Assembly (NCBI GenBank): GCA_963704825.1
Contig: CAVPHV010000017.1
Coordinates: forward strand, 167,325-231,324
Origin: an uncultured Acidimicrobiia bacterium
GTDB lineage: Bacteria; Actinomycetota; Acidimicrobiia; Spongiisociales; UBA5794
Direction: 5' to 3'
Length of the DNA stretch: 64,000 bases
Part shown: positions 29,837 through 38,711 of the stretch, piece after piece
Layout: every line of letters starts with the position of its first letter
How positions within the stretch are numbered: the first letter of the stretch is position 1
Translations under genes and position numbers: made by a program
Notes under the pieces: model-generated
The model's input: only the letters and a program-made list of their open reading frames with translations
Database searches by the model: none
What the model was told of the DNA's origin: nothing

Positions 29837-29853
29837 TTCGCCACAGCGGCGAA
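29837..29853. promoter_or_regulatory. Inverted repeat TTCGCC-n5-GGCGAA in the AT-rich region upstream of whiB (candidate operator)
   Basis: Perfect 6-bp arms ttcgcc/ggcgaa. The surrounding ~140 bp are unusually AT-rich for this genome (aaaaagtt, tttattctg, cataatgg). Confidence 0.2.
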
Positions 29854-29968
29854 TGTCGATTTATTCTGCCGTTTGACCGCTTATCGCGGCGGCCATCCAA
29901 CCGTCATAATGGAACAAGTGTTTGGTCGCGTGCGTTATCTGCACCAAGGCCAAAAGGACGTATACATC

Positions 29969-30250
29969 ATGGTGATGGCACTTGATGACCTCATGTGGGA
30001 GCCAACCGAGGGTTGGCGTGACGATGCCGCTTGCGGCGGCGCCGATAGCGCGCTCTTTTTCCCGGTCGGCGAAGAGGAAGTGTCGGCCGAGGCCGCCAAA
30101 GCCATCTGCGCAGCTTGCCCGGTCGTCGAGGAGTGCCTCCAGTACGCCATCGCCACCAACCAGAGCGAAGGGGTGTGGGGCGGGATGACGGGCGGCGAGC
30201 GCCGCCGACTCCGCCGTCGTCTCCGCGAGCGGGAGCGGCGCGCCTCGTGA
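29969..30250 (+). CDS. whiB: WhiB-family (Wbl) redox-sensing transcription factor
   Basis: Four Cys in the WhiB pattern (DDAACGGADSALFFP...AKAICAACPVVEECLQYAI) plus GVWGG turn and basic tail. Start trimmed to ATG 29969/29975. Confidence 0.85.
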   Translation: MVMALDDLMWEPTEGWRDDAACGGADSALFFPVGEEEVSAEAAKAICAACPVVEECLQYAIATNQSEGVWGGMTGGERRRLRRRLRERERRAS

Positions 30251-30262
30251 CCTCCTAGCCTC

Positions 30263-31039
30263 CTACTCGTCCCGCAGCGAGCGCTGCAGCCGGCGCATGC
30301 CATCGAGCCAGCGGTCGTAATCGTCCGCCTTGCGACGGAAGAACTCGCCCACCTCGGGATGGGGCAGGATCAGGAACCGCTCGTCGGCCAGTCCGGCGAC
30401 GACCGCCGCGGTGACCTCGTTGACGCTGATGGCTCCTGCCTTGACGTAGTCGGCCATCCGAGGCTGATCGGCAAACACGTCGAGCATGGCAGTATCGACG
30501 AACTGCGGGCACAAACACGAGACGCGAATGCCGCGGTCTCCGTATGTGACGGCGAGCCACTCGGCGAGCGCCACGACGGCGTGTTTGGTGACTGAATACG
30601 GCGCCGCTCCGAGGTTGGTGAGCAGGCCGGCGGCCGACGCGGTCTGCAGTAGGTAGCCTTCGCCCCGCTCGAGCATCTGGGGTAACACGGCGCGGGCCGT
30701 GTAGATGTGGGACATCACGTTGACATCCCAGGTGCGTTGCCACTGCGCGTCGGGCACCTCGACTCCACCACCTGTGGCGATCCCGGCGTTTGAACAGAAC
30801 AGGTCGATACGTCCCTTGTCCTGGGTCACCAGGTCGACGAGATCGGCGACGGCGGCTTCATCACTGACGTCGAGCTGCACTCCGGCGCCGCCGATGCTGT
30901 TGGCAACCGTCTCGGCGGCCGCTCCGTCGAGATCGGCGACGACGACAAATGCACCTTCCGCGGTGAACCGTCGCGCCAGGCCGGCGCCAATGCCGTGCCC
31001 ACCGCCGGTCACGACGGCAACTCGGTTCTTCAGCTCCAT
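30263..31039 (-). CDS. SDR-family oxidoreductase
   Basis: TGGGHGIGAG Rossmann motif, catalytic YxxxK region (PYSVTKHAVVALAE). Start at MELKNRVAVV (31039). Confidence 0.85.
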   Translation of the reverse strand: MELKNRVAVVTGGGHGIGAGLARRFTAEGAFVVVADLDGAAAETVANSIGGAGVQLDVSDEAAVADLVDLVTQDKGRIDLFCSNAGIATGGGVEVPDAQWQRTWDVNVMSHIYTARAVLPQMLERGEGYLLQTASAAGLLTNLGAAPYSVTKHAVVALAEWLAVTYGDRGIRVSCLCPQFVDTAMLDVFADQPRMADYVKAGAISVNEVTAAVVAGLADERFLILPHPEVGEFFRRKADDYDRWLDGMRRLQRSLRDE

Positions 31040-31160
31040 GAGTTGGCTGCGGGTTTCACGTCGCCGATCGAACAATGTCGGTTGGCGCTCGCGATGTCTA
31101 CTACAGACCAAGCGCTCCCGTGGCGGGGCGATCGCTCGCGCCAATTTCTCGACAGTCTCC

Positions 31161-33893
31161 TCACAACATTCGTCCGGGGATGTCCTTGCGGCTGGGCAGG
31201 AAGAAACCGCCGACGGGGCGAAGCCGCATCCTGGCATCGACCACCGAGACTCCGTCGCCCGGCGGGAGCACCTTGACCGGGTTCAGGTCGATCTCTGCGA
31301 TCTGGGGATGGTCCTCAACGAGGGCGGACACCCGCAGCAACAGTTCCTGCAGCGCCTCGAGGTCCCCGCCGACGGCGCCGCGGTAGCCTTCGAGCAGCTC
31401 GGCCGACTTGACCTCGGACAACATCTCGCGGGCGTCCACGTCCGACAGGGGATTGATTCTGAAGGCGACGTCGCGCATGAGTTCGACGAAGATCCCGCCG
31501 AGTCCGAAGACGACCAGCGGTCCAAACAGCGGGTCCTCGGCCATGCCGACGATGACCTCATGGCCCTCGCCGACGAACTCCTGAACGAGCACGCCGGTGG
31601 CGTCGTCCGCGGCGGCCACGACCTGACGGTAGGCCTCACGGACCGCCTCGTCGCCCTCGATGTCGAGGGCGATGCCACCGACATCAGACTTGTGCAGCGC
31701 CGATGGCGCAATGACCTTGAGGACGACCGGACCTCCGAGCTCCGCGGCGGCCGCGACCGCCTCGTCCTCGGTATGGGCGATGCGGGTGCGCGCCGCCCGA
31801 ATGCCGTAGGCCGTCAGCATGCTCTCCGTCTCGGCGGCGTCGAGCCAACCGCCGTCCTTGCCGAGCCTGCGCAGCGCGGCCCGGACCGTCGTTTCTCCGG
31901 CACCACGATCGACATCGGGGAACCGGACGTACTGGCCCTCGGGCTTTTCCCGCCACTCCCGATACTCCACGGCCGCAGCGAGGGCGCGTGCCGCCGCCTC
32001 CGGGTACTGATAGACCGCAAGCTTGCTGTGCTTGCCCAACTCCTCTTCTGCGGCCTGTGATGAGCCCATGAAGACGCCGATCGTGGTTTTGGGGCTCTCG
32101 CGGGTGGCAATCGTCTCGTGGATCGCCCGCAGCGCCTCCTCGGTGCCTTCGGGTGCGGTAGGAATGTAGATGACGATGACGGCGTCAATCTCCTCGCTGT
32201 CGAGCAGCAGGTTGAGGCACGCCCGGTAGTTGTCGGCGTTGGCTGAGGCGATCATGTCGACCGGGTTTTGGGGGGCCGCCATGCCGGGGAGCAGCTCGGA
32301 GAGCCGGCCCTGGAGTTCGGGGGAGAACTCGGGCAGCTCGAGACCGAAGCCCTCGATGGCGTCGGCTGCCAGGATGGCGGGTCCGCCTGCATTGGTCAGC
32401 ACGGCCACCCTGCGCCCCGCTGGAAGCGGTTGGTTCGCCAGCAACTCGGTCACGTCGAACAGCTCATGGAGCGTGTTGGTGCGGATCACCCCGGCGCGAG
32501 AGAACAGGGCGTCGACGGCAACATCAACGCTGGCGAGTGAACCGGTGTGCGAGGCTGCGGCTCGCTGTCCCGCCGAGGTGCGACCCGACTTGACGACGAC
32601 GACGGGCTTCTTGCGTCCGACCCGCCGGGCGAGCCGTCCGAAGCGTCGGGGGTTTCCAAAGGACTCCATGTACATGACGATGACGTCGCTTGCCGGGTCG
32701 TCCTCCCAGTAGAGGAGCAGGTCGGTGGGGCTGACGTCGGCGCCGTTGCCGAGCGACACGAATGTGGAGATCCCGATGTTCATCGCGGCGGCCTGCTCGA
32801 GGATGGCGATCCCCAGCGCCCCGCTCTGGCTGGCCATCGCCACGTTCCCGCGCGGCGGGAAGGTCGGTCCGAACTGGCCGTCCATGCTGATATTGACGTC
32901 GGTGTTGAGCAGACCCATGCAGTTGGGGCCGACGAGGCGCAATCCGCGCCGCCGGGCCGAGGTGACGATGGCCGCCTCCATGGCGGAGCCGTCCTCGCCG
33001 ACTTCACTGAAGCCCGCCGAGATCACCACGACACCCTTGACACCCTTGCGTCCGCACTCGTCGAGGGTGTCGCTCACCGCGGCGGCGGGGACGACGACAA
33101 ACGCCAGATCGACCGGGTCGGGGATGTCGAGCACCGATGGGTACGCCAGGATTGAGTGGACGTACGGGGCGGACGGGTTGACCGGGTAGACGGGGCCGGT
33201 GAAGCCGTTGATGAGCAGGTTGCGCAGCAGCCTGCCACCGATCGACGAACCATCGCGGCTGGCACCGATGACCGCAACGGAGGTTGGATACAGAATCGGC
33301 ATCAGCGATGCGGTAACGGCACGCTTCTCGTGTTCCCACTCGGCTTCGCGGGCTTCGAGCGAGTACTCGATGGGGAATTCGACCTCGAAGATGCCTTCTT
33401 CGAGGGTTCTCGTCAGGCGATATCCCGAGTCGCGGAAGAGCCGCATCATCCCGACGTTTTCTGCCAGCACGAACGCCTCGAACTCGGTAATGCCCCGCAG
33501 CCGGGCATAGACCGTGAGGTGTTGGAGCAGGTGACGGCCGATGCCGCGGCCCTGCCAGGCGTCCTCGACGAGGAAGGCGACCTCGGCGACCTTGAAGTCC
33601 TCGGTGGTTCGTTCCGGTAGCACGTCGTAGCGGCCGACCGCGACCATTTCGTCGCCGTGTACGGCGATGAGGGCCATTCGGTCGTCGTAGTCGAGCGTGG
33701 TGAAGTGACGCAGCTCCTCGGGGCTCAGATCGAGCTTCATTCCGAAGAAGCGGTGATAGACGCTCTCAGGACCGACCCGCTGGAAGAAGCGGTGTTCCCG
33801 CTCGGCGTCATCGGGTCGAATTGGGCGGATGTGGATGGCTTGACCATCTTTGAGGAGTACGTCGAACTCGAATTCGGTTGGGTACTCGGCCAT
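31161..33893 (-). CDS. Protein acetyltransferase Pat-like: N-terminal GNAT fused to NDP-forming acyl-CoA synthetase (CoA-binding/ligase-CoA/ATP-grasp)
   Basis: N-terminal GNAT (IRPIRPDD...QGRGIGRHLL) and C-terminal ACS-ADP-type domains (SVAVIGAS...GPNCMGL; ATP-grasp near the end). The order matches actinobacterial PatA. ATG 33893 with aaggac RBS. Confidence 0.85.
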   Translation of the reverse strand: MAEYPTEFEFDVLLKDGQAIHIRPIRPDDAEREHRFFQRVGPESVYHRFFGMKLDLSPEELRHFTTLDYDDRMALIAVHGDEMVAVGRYDVLPERTTEDFKVAEVAFLVEDAWQGRGIGRHLLQHLTVYARLRGITEFEAFVLAENVGMMRLFRDSGYRLTRTLEEGIFEVEFPIEYSLEAREAEWEHEKRAVTASLMPILYPTSVAVIGASRDGSSIGGRLLRNLLINGFTGPVYPVNPSAPYVHSILAYPSVLDIPDPVDLAFVVVPAAAVSDTLDECGRKGVKGVVVISAGFSEVGEDGSAMEAAIVTSARRRGLRLVGPNCMGLLNTDVNISMDGQFGPTFPPRGNVAMASQSGALGIAILEQAAAMNIGISTFVSLGNGADVSPTDLLLYWEDDPASDVIVMYMESFGNPRRFGRLARRVGRKKPVVVVKSGRTSAGQRAAASHTGSLASVDVAVDALFSRAGVIRTNTLHELFDVTELLANQPLPAGRRVAVLTNAGGPAILAADAIEGFGLELPEFSPELQGRLSELLPGMAAPQNPVDMIASANADNYRACLNLLLDSEEIDAVIVIYIPTAPEGTEEALRAIHETIATRESPKTTIGVFMGSSQAAEEELGKHSKLAVYQYPEAAARALAAAVEYREWREKPEGQYVRFPDVDRGAGETTVRAALRRLGKDGGWLDAAETESMLTAYGIRAARTRIAHTEDEAVAAAAELGGPVVLKVIAPSALHKSDVGGIALDIEGDEAVREAYRQVVAAADDATGVLVQEFVGEGHEVIVGMAEDPLFGPLVVFGLGGIFVELMRDVAFRINPLSDVDAREMLSEVKSAELLEGYRGAVGGDLEALQELLLRVSALVEDHPQIAEIDLNPVKVLPPGDGVSVVDARMRLRPVGGFFLPSRKDIPGRML

Positions 33894-34039
33894 GACTGTC
33901 CTTGCTCGGTTGGCGGCAGACCACAAACTACCGAATGTCGGAGCGACCGAATCCGCCGCGCGGCGTTTTGGGAGTTTCCGTCGCTCTACGACCCTGAACG
34001 TGGCAGACTTGAAGGACGCAGTAACGCTCCGCTCGTACC

Positions 34040-35509
34040 GTGGGTCCGATGAGGGAGGAGGACGTCATCGCGCAATCCAACGGTGGCCATCCCACCATCA
34101 TCCAGGGCGGCATGGGCGTCGCTGTCTCCGGTTGGGAGCTCGCCAACGCCGTGGCGGCCAAGGGCCAGATGGGCGTCGTTTCCGGTACCGCCCTCGATCT
34201 GGTGTGCTCGCGTCGGTTGCAACTTGGCGATAGCGGCGGTCATGTGCGCCGAGCCCTCGAGCACTTCCCCGTCCCCGAGGCCGCGCAACGTGTGCTCGAC
34301 GCGTACTACGTGCCGGGCGGCAAGGACCCATCTGCTCCCTTCAAGAACGTGCGCAGCATGACGATCACGCCGTCACGAGAGCTGCTCGAGCTCCTCGTCA
34401 TCGGCAACTTCGTCGAGGTGTATCTGGCCAAGGAGAACGTTGCCGGGCCGGTTGGCATCAACTTCATGCGCAAGATCGAACTCCCGCTGGTTCCCTCGGC
34501 CTACGGCGCGCTGCTCGCCGGCGTCGACTACGTCATCGTCGGGGCCGGCAATCCGCGGGAACTGCCCGAGGTGCTCAACAAGCTGGCGATGCATGAGGAC
34601 GTCGGGCTCGCCCTGCGGGTGCAGGGTACGACCTCGGCCGACGGCGATATCGAGGCTCCCTTCAGCCCTCGCGAACTCTTTGGGTCCGACCTTGCCCCGC
34701 TGCGACGGCCACCGTTTCTGGCGATTGTTGCCTCGCTCGATCTGGCCGCAGGCTTGGCCGATTCCCCGGCACATCGACCCGAAGGCTTTGTGGTTGAAGG
34801 CAACATGGCTGGTGGCCACAACGCCCCGCCGCGTGGCCCGCGCCGGGTGGATGATCGGGGCCAGCCGATCTATGACGAACTCGATGTGGTCGACCTCGCC
34901 GGGCTGGCGGAAATCGGATTGCCGTTCTGGCTGGCCGGTTCGTATGCCACCCCCGAAGGACTCAAGGCGGCGCAAGCTGCCGGTGCCGTCGGCATCCAGG
35001 TCGGCACCGCGTTCGCTCTGTCGGCCGAGTCCGGCATCGAGACCGGCTTGAAACGTGACATCGTCGGTCAGGTCGCCAACGGAGGCATGGAGGTTCGCAC
35101 TGATTGGCGAGCCTCCCCGACCGGATTCCCCTTCAAGGTCGTTGAGATCGATGGGACCCTCTCGGACCCCACCGTCTACGAGGAGCGGCGTCGGGTATGC
35201 GACCTCGGGGTGCTGCGCGTCCCGTTCAAGACCGAGGACGGCAACATCGGCTACCGCTGTCCGGCCGAACCCGAACGTGCCTACACGGCCGTGAAGGGCG
35301 GACGGCCCGCCAACATGGAGGGCCGCATCTGTTTGTGCAACGGCCTGCTGGCCACGGCCGGCCTCGCCCAAGTGCGACCGAGCGGTTACGTCGAGCCCCC
35401 GGTGGTCACCGGAGGCTCCGACTATCGGGCGGTTGAACACCTGTTGGCCGCAAAGGCCCCGGGAGAGGACTTCTACACCGCAGCGGACGTCATCGACTAC
35501 CTGCTGTAG
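34040..35509 (+). CDS. Nitronate monooxygenase (NMO / 2-nitropropane dioxygenase) family protein
   Basis: IIQGGMGVAVSGWELANAVAAKGQMGVV at the N-terminus is the NMO FMN-binding signature; long-form (~489 aa) family member. Confidence 0.8.
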   Translation: MGPMREEDVIAQSNGGHPTIIQGGMGVAVSGWELANAVAAKGQMGVVSGTALDLVCSRRLQLGDSGGHVRRALEHFPVPEAAQRVLDAYYVPGGKDPSAPFKNVRSMTITPSRELLELLVIGNFVEVYLAKENVAGPVGINFMRKIELPLVPSAYGALLAGVDYVIVGAGNPRELPEVLNKLAMHEDVGLALRVQGTTSADGDIEAPFSPRELFGSDLAPLRRPPFLAIVASLDLAAGLADSPAHRPEGFVVEGNMAGGHNAPPRGPRRVDDRGQPIYDELDVVDLAGLAEIGLPFWLAGSYATPEGLKAAQAAGAVGIQVGTAFALSAESGIETGLKRDIVGQVANGGMEVRTDWRASPTGFPFKVVEIDGTLSDPTVYEERRRVCDLGVLRVPFKTEDGNIGYRCPAEPERAYTAVKGGRPANMEGRICLCNGLLATAGLAQVRPSGYVEPPVVTGGSDYRAVEHLLAAKAPGEDFYTAADVIDYLL

Positions 35510-35526
35510 CGGGCTACCCGCCGCGG

Positions 35527-36036
35527 TCAGCTCTCCGAGATGGCGATCGAGTTGATCACCACATCGTCGAGCGGACGATCGCGTCCATCGGTTGCTGTGG
35601 TCGCAATGGCATCGACCACGTCCTGACCTGCCGTCACGGTTCCGAAGATCGTGTAATTGTGGGGGAGCCCCACATCGGTGTGGCAGATGAAGAACTGCGA
35701 CCCGTTGGTGTTCGGGCCGGCGTTGGCCATTGCCAGCGTGCCCTGGCGGTAGGCGCCGGGACCGGCGAGTTCGTCGTCAAAGCGATAGCCGGGGCCGCCG
35801 GTGCCGGTACCCGTCGGGTCGCCGCCTTGGATCATGAAGTTCTCGATGACGCGGTGGAAAATGACGCCGTCGTAGAAACCATCGTTGGCGAGGAACACAA
35901 AGTTGTTCACCGCGTTGGGCGACCGATCGGCGAACAGCGCCAGCTCGATGTCACCCTTGTTGGTGCTCAGGGTGGCGGTATACGTCTTGCTGGGAACGAT
36001 GGTGAGCTCGGGCGCGGAGGAGTATTGCTTGGCCAT
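35527..36036 (-). CDS. ppiA: Peptidyl-prolyl cis-trans isomerase (cyclophilin type)
   Basis: FHRVIENFMIQGGDPTGTGTGGPGY...GTLAMANAGPNTNGSQFFI is the canonical cyclophilin core. Confidence 0.92.
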   Translation of the reverse strand: MAKQYSSAPELTIVPSKTYTATLSTNKGDIELALFADRSPNAVNNFVFLANDGFYDGVIFHRVIENFMIQGGDPTGTGTGGPGYRFDDELAGPGAYRQGTLAMANAGPNTNGSQFFICHTDVGLPHNYTIFGTVTAGQDVVDAIATTATDGRDRPLDDVVINSIAISES

Positions 36037-36169
36037 GATGCCTTTCCGATGTGGCGAACGAAGGTGGAGAGTAGTGCGGTAACTACTTTGGTCAGTGTAC
36101 GGTCAGATACTCGAGTTCTCTGGGCTTCGGTCGGTGGGAACCACTGGACGACCGAAGAGGGGAGGGCTG

Positions 36170-37072
36170 ATGGCCGACAACGAGGTGTATGCGCTGCTCG
36201 AGGCAGTTACGCCGTCTGTCGACAGGCTCATGGCCGAGCACCGCCGGCGGCGTGAACATTGGTACGCCCACGAGTACGTTCCGTGGGAGCAAGGCCGCAG
36301 CTTTGTGATCGAGCCCTGGGAGGAATCCCAGGCGTCGCTGTCGCCCGAGGTGCGCACCGCGCTGGTGCTGAATCTGCTCACCGAGGACAACCTGCCCTAC
36401 TACCACGCCGAGATCGAGAAACACCTGCCCGGCGGGTCGCCGTGGCAGGACTGGAATCGGCTGTGGACCGCCGAGGAGGGCCAACACGCCATTGCGCTGC
36501 GGAGTTATCTGCTCACCTCGCGCAATTGTGATCCCGCCGAACTCGAGGACGATCGTCTTGCCACGATGGAGAAGGGCTACGAGGGCGACTTCCAGAACCC
36601 GATCGACGTGTTCGTCTACACGTCGGCGCAGGAGCTGGCGACCCGGGTGTCCCACCGCAACGCCGGCAAACTCGCCGATGACAAGACGGCCTACGAAATC
36701 ATGGCGAGGATCGCCGCCGACGAGAACCATCACTACATCTTCTACAAGAGTGTGGTGGCCGACATGCTGGCGGAGAATCCTTCACCGGTGCTGGAGTCGA
36801 TGCACCGGGTGCTGGCCAACTTCCAGATGCCCGGCACCGGCATCCCCGGCTACCTGCGGCGGGCCGTCGCCATGGCGAAGTCCGGGGTCTACAACCTGCG
36901 CCAGCATCACGACCGGGTGGTGGTGCCGTTGCTGAGGGATTGGAAGGTGGATCAGCTGACCGACTTGACGGCGGAGGCCGCCGAGATGCAGCAGAAGATC
37001 ATGGAGCTGCCGAAGCGGATCCTGCGCCGTGCCGACGCCTTTGATCGCCGCTTCGGCGAAGTGACCCAGTAG
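36170..37072 (+). CDS. Acyl-ACP desaturase (soluble di-iron, DesA-like)
   Basis: Di-iron EXXH motifs (WTAEEGQHAIAL; IAADENHHYIFY). ATG 36170 follows gaagaggggaggg. Confidence 0.85.
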   Translation: MADNEVYALLEAVTPSVDRLMAEHRRRREHWYAHEYVPWEQGRSFVIEPWEESQASLSPEVRTALVLNLLTEDNLPYYHAEIEKHLPGGSPWQDWNRLWTAEEGQHAIALRSYLLTSRNCDPAELEDDRLATMEKGYEGDFQNPIDVFVYTSAQELATRVSHRNAGKLADDKTAYEIMARIAADENHHYIFYKSVVADMLAENPSPVLESMHRVLANFQMPGTGIPGYLRRAVAMAKSGVYNLRQHHDRVVVPLLRDWKVDQLTDLTAEAAEMQQKIMELPKRILRRADAFDRRFGEVTQ

Positions 37073-37155
37073 CGACCCTGGGGAAACCGGGAACCCACTC
37101 TGACCTGGGCAGCGTCAGAGGTTGGGCCCATGGGGGGACCCTCCGGCGCCTCCGA

Positions 37156-37250
37156 CGCCGCGGCGACTATCAGACTCCGCGGCGACTTTCAGACTCCGCG
37201 GCGACTTTCAGACTCCGCGGAGACTTTCAGACTCCGCGGAGACTTTCAGT
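37156..37250. repeat. Tandem repeat, 5 copies of a 19-bp unit (ccgcggNgactNtcagact) plus partial leading copy
   Basis: Units at 37156, 37175, 37194, 37213 and 37232. The last two carry the perfect 10-bp palindrome CTCCGCGGAG. Lies between convergent genes and overlaps the last codons of the lipoprotein gene. Confidence 0.85.
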
Positions 37251-38577
37251 CTCCGGCGAGGAAGAAGCGCCACTCACCGCCGCCGTCGATCCCGTGGCGC
37301 CAACCGACATAGCCGCCGAGAACGTCGAACATCTCTTCGAGTTCATCCACCGAGTACAGCTCGAGTAGTGCGGCGTAGTCGGCATCCGACAACCCGTCGC
37401 CGTACGGTGAGGTGAGGTTGGCGATCGCCGATGGCCACAGGTAGAACCCGCCTGCCTCGGCGGCGGCCGGCTCGGCGTAGGCCAGGTTGAGGTGCCGGGC
37501 CATCGCCGCCACCACGGCACTACCCCGGATTTCGAGGTCCATCCAGAACTCGGGAACCTCGCCCCCGCCAAAGCTGGCTTCGAAGCCGTTCTCACCCTGG
37601 TTGGCTAGTTCGCCGAGTGTCGCGTAGTCACAGGCCATGGCGCCTGCGAAAATGGCGTCGCGCGTTGTCGCCACGTCGTCCGGCAGTCCTTCCTGAGCCA
37701 GCGGTTCGAGTTCCAGGCCGGTGGTCGAGCAGATCGCCGGGCTCTCCTCTTCGAGGTTGGTGGTCTGGATCTCCAGGGTGGTCTGGTCGAGCAGGGCGTA
37801 GCCGTCGTAGCCGGACACCGCTACGGCCGTCTCAGTGCCGGCGAGATTCTCGAAGACGACCAACTCGACGGGGTCGTTGATCGTCCAATACTCGGGGAGC
37901 GTGGTATCGCTCGATGGTGGGTAGCCGCTGTCGTTGACCCACGGGTAGACCCGCACCAGCGCCTCACCGGTGGCGCGGTTGATCCGACACACCATCGAGT
38001 CGGGGAGCCCACCGTCGCCCTGCCGGGCGCAATAGGCGGCGTCGGGGGTGAGTACCAGCCGTTGTGGCGGCAGCCCCGGCAGCGGCCAGGCCCGGATGAT
38101 CGCCCCGGTCGAGCCGTCGAGCAGCAGAACCTCGCCGTATTCGATGACGTTGATGAAGTCTGCGACGTAGTCGCCGTTGCGGTCACCGAGTACACCGTCG
38201 CCGGTCAGCGTCCACAGGTCGTCGGGGGGCCGGGAGGCGACCCAGACGCCTTCGGCAGCGCGTAGTTCGAAGACCGGGTCGACTCGCAATTCGATCGGCA
38301 GCGCGGCAAGTTCGGGCACCACGCCGTCTCGCTGTGCATCCGCGGCGCTTTGGCTCGGTTCGCCGGTGACGATTGTGGTGGTCGTCGTTGCCGGCGGCGC
38401 CGTGGTCGTCGGAGCGGTTGCGGTGGTTGAGGCCGGTGGTGCTGCCGTCGTGGTGGCAACCGGCGCGTCTGTGGCCGCCGGGGCGGTGGTGTCGCTGGCT
38501 TCAGTTCCGCACGAGGCGGCCAGCATGGCCGCTGCGAGCACCGGGGTCCAGACCCGAAGCGTCCGCAGCCATGTCAT
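37246..38577 (-). CDS. Putative secreted lipoprotein (hypothetical) with Thr/Ala/Pro-rich linker
   Basis: Start at MTWLRTLRVWTPVLAAAMLAASCGTE (lipobox LAASC). A low-complexity TTAAPPASTTATAPTTTAPP linker precedes a ~350-aa domain with no recognisable family. Confidence 0.6.
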   Translation of the reverse strand: MTWLRTLRVWTPVLAAAMLAASCGTEASDTTAPAATDAPVATTTAAPPASTTATAPTTTAPPATTTTTIVTGEPSQSAADAQRDGVVPELAALPIELRVDPVFELRAAEGVWVASRPPDDLWTLTGDGVLGDRNGDYVADFINVIEYGEVLLLDGSTGAIIRAWPLPGLPPQRLVLTPDAAYCARQGDGGLPDSMVCRINRATGEALVRVYPWVNDSGYPPSSDTTLPEYWTINDPVELVVFENLAGTETAVAVSGYDGYALLDQTTLEIQTTNLEEESPAICSTTGLELEPLAQEGLPDDVATTRDAIFAGAMACDYATLGELANQGENGFEASFGGGEVPEFWMDLEIRGSAVVAAMARHLNLAYAEPAAAEAGGFYLWPSAIANLTSPYGDGLSDADYAALLELYSVDELEEMFDVLGGYVGWRHGIDGGGEWRFFLAGD

Positions 38578-38711
38578 CAGCGCCTCCGTGTGATGAGAAA
38601 GTCGGTCGGATACTCGCGAGAACGTTATCGCACCTCGGCCGAGTTCCCCGGCAGTCTCGAGGTCAGATGCGGCGTCGGGCCGACGCCTTTTCTGATGACG
38701 CAGTCTGGAGG

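Noticed and set aside
37130-37312. 60-aa ORF across the 19-bp repeat
   Set aside because: The reading frame rotates through a 19-bp period and the product is a repetitive artefact (RLRGDFQTPRRLSDSAETF...).
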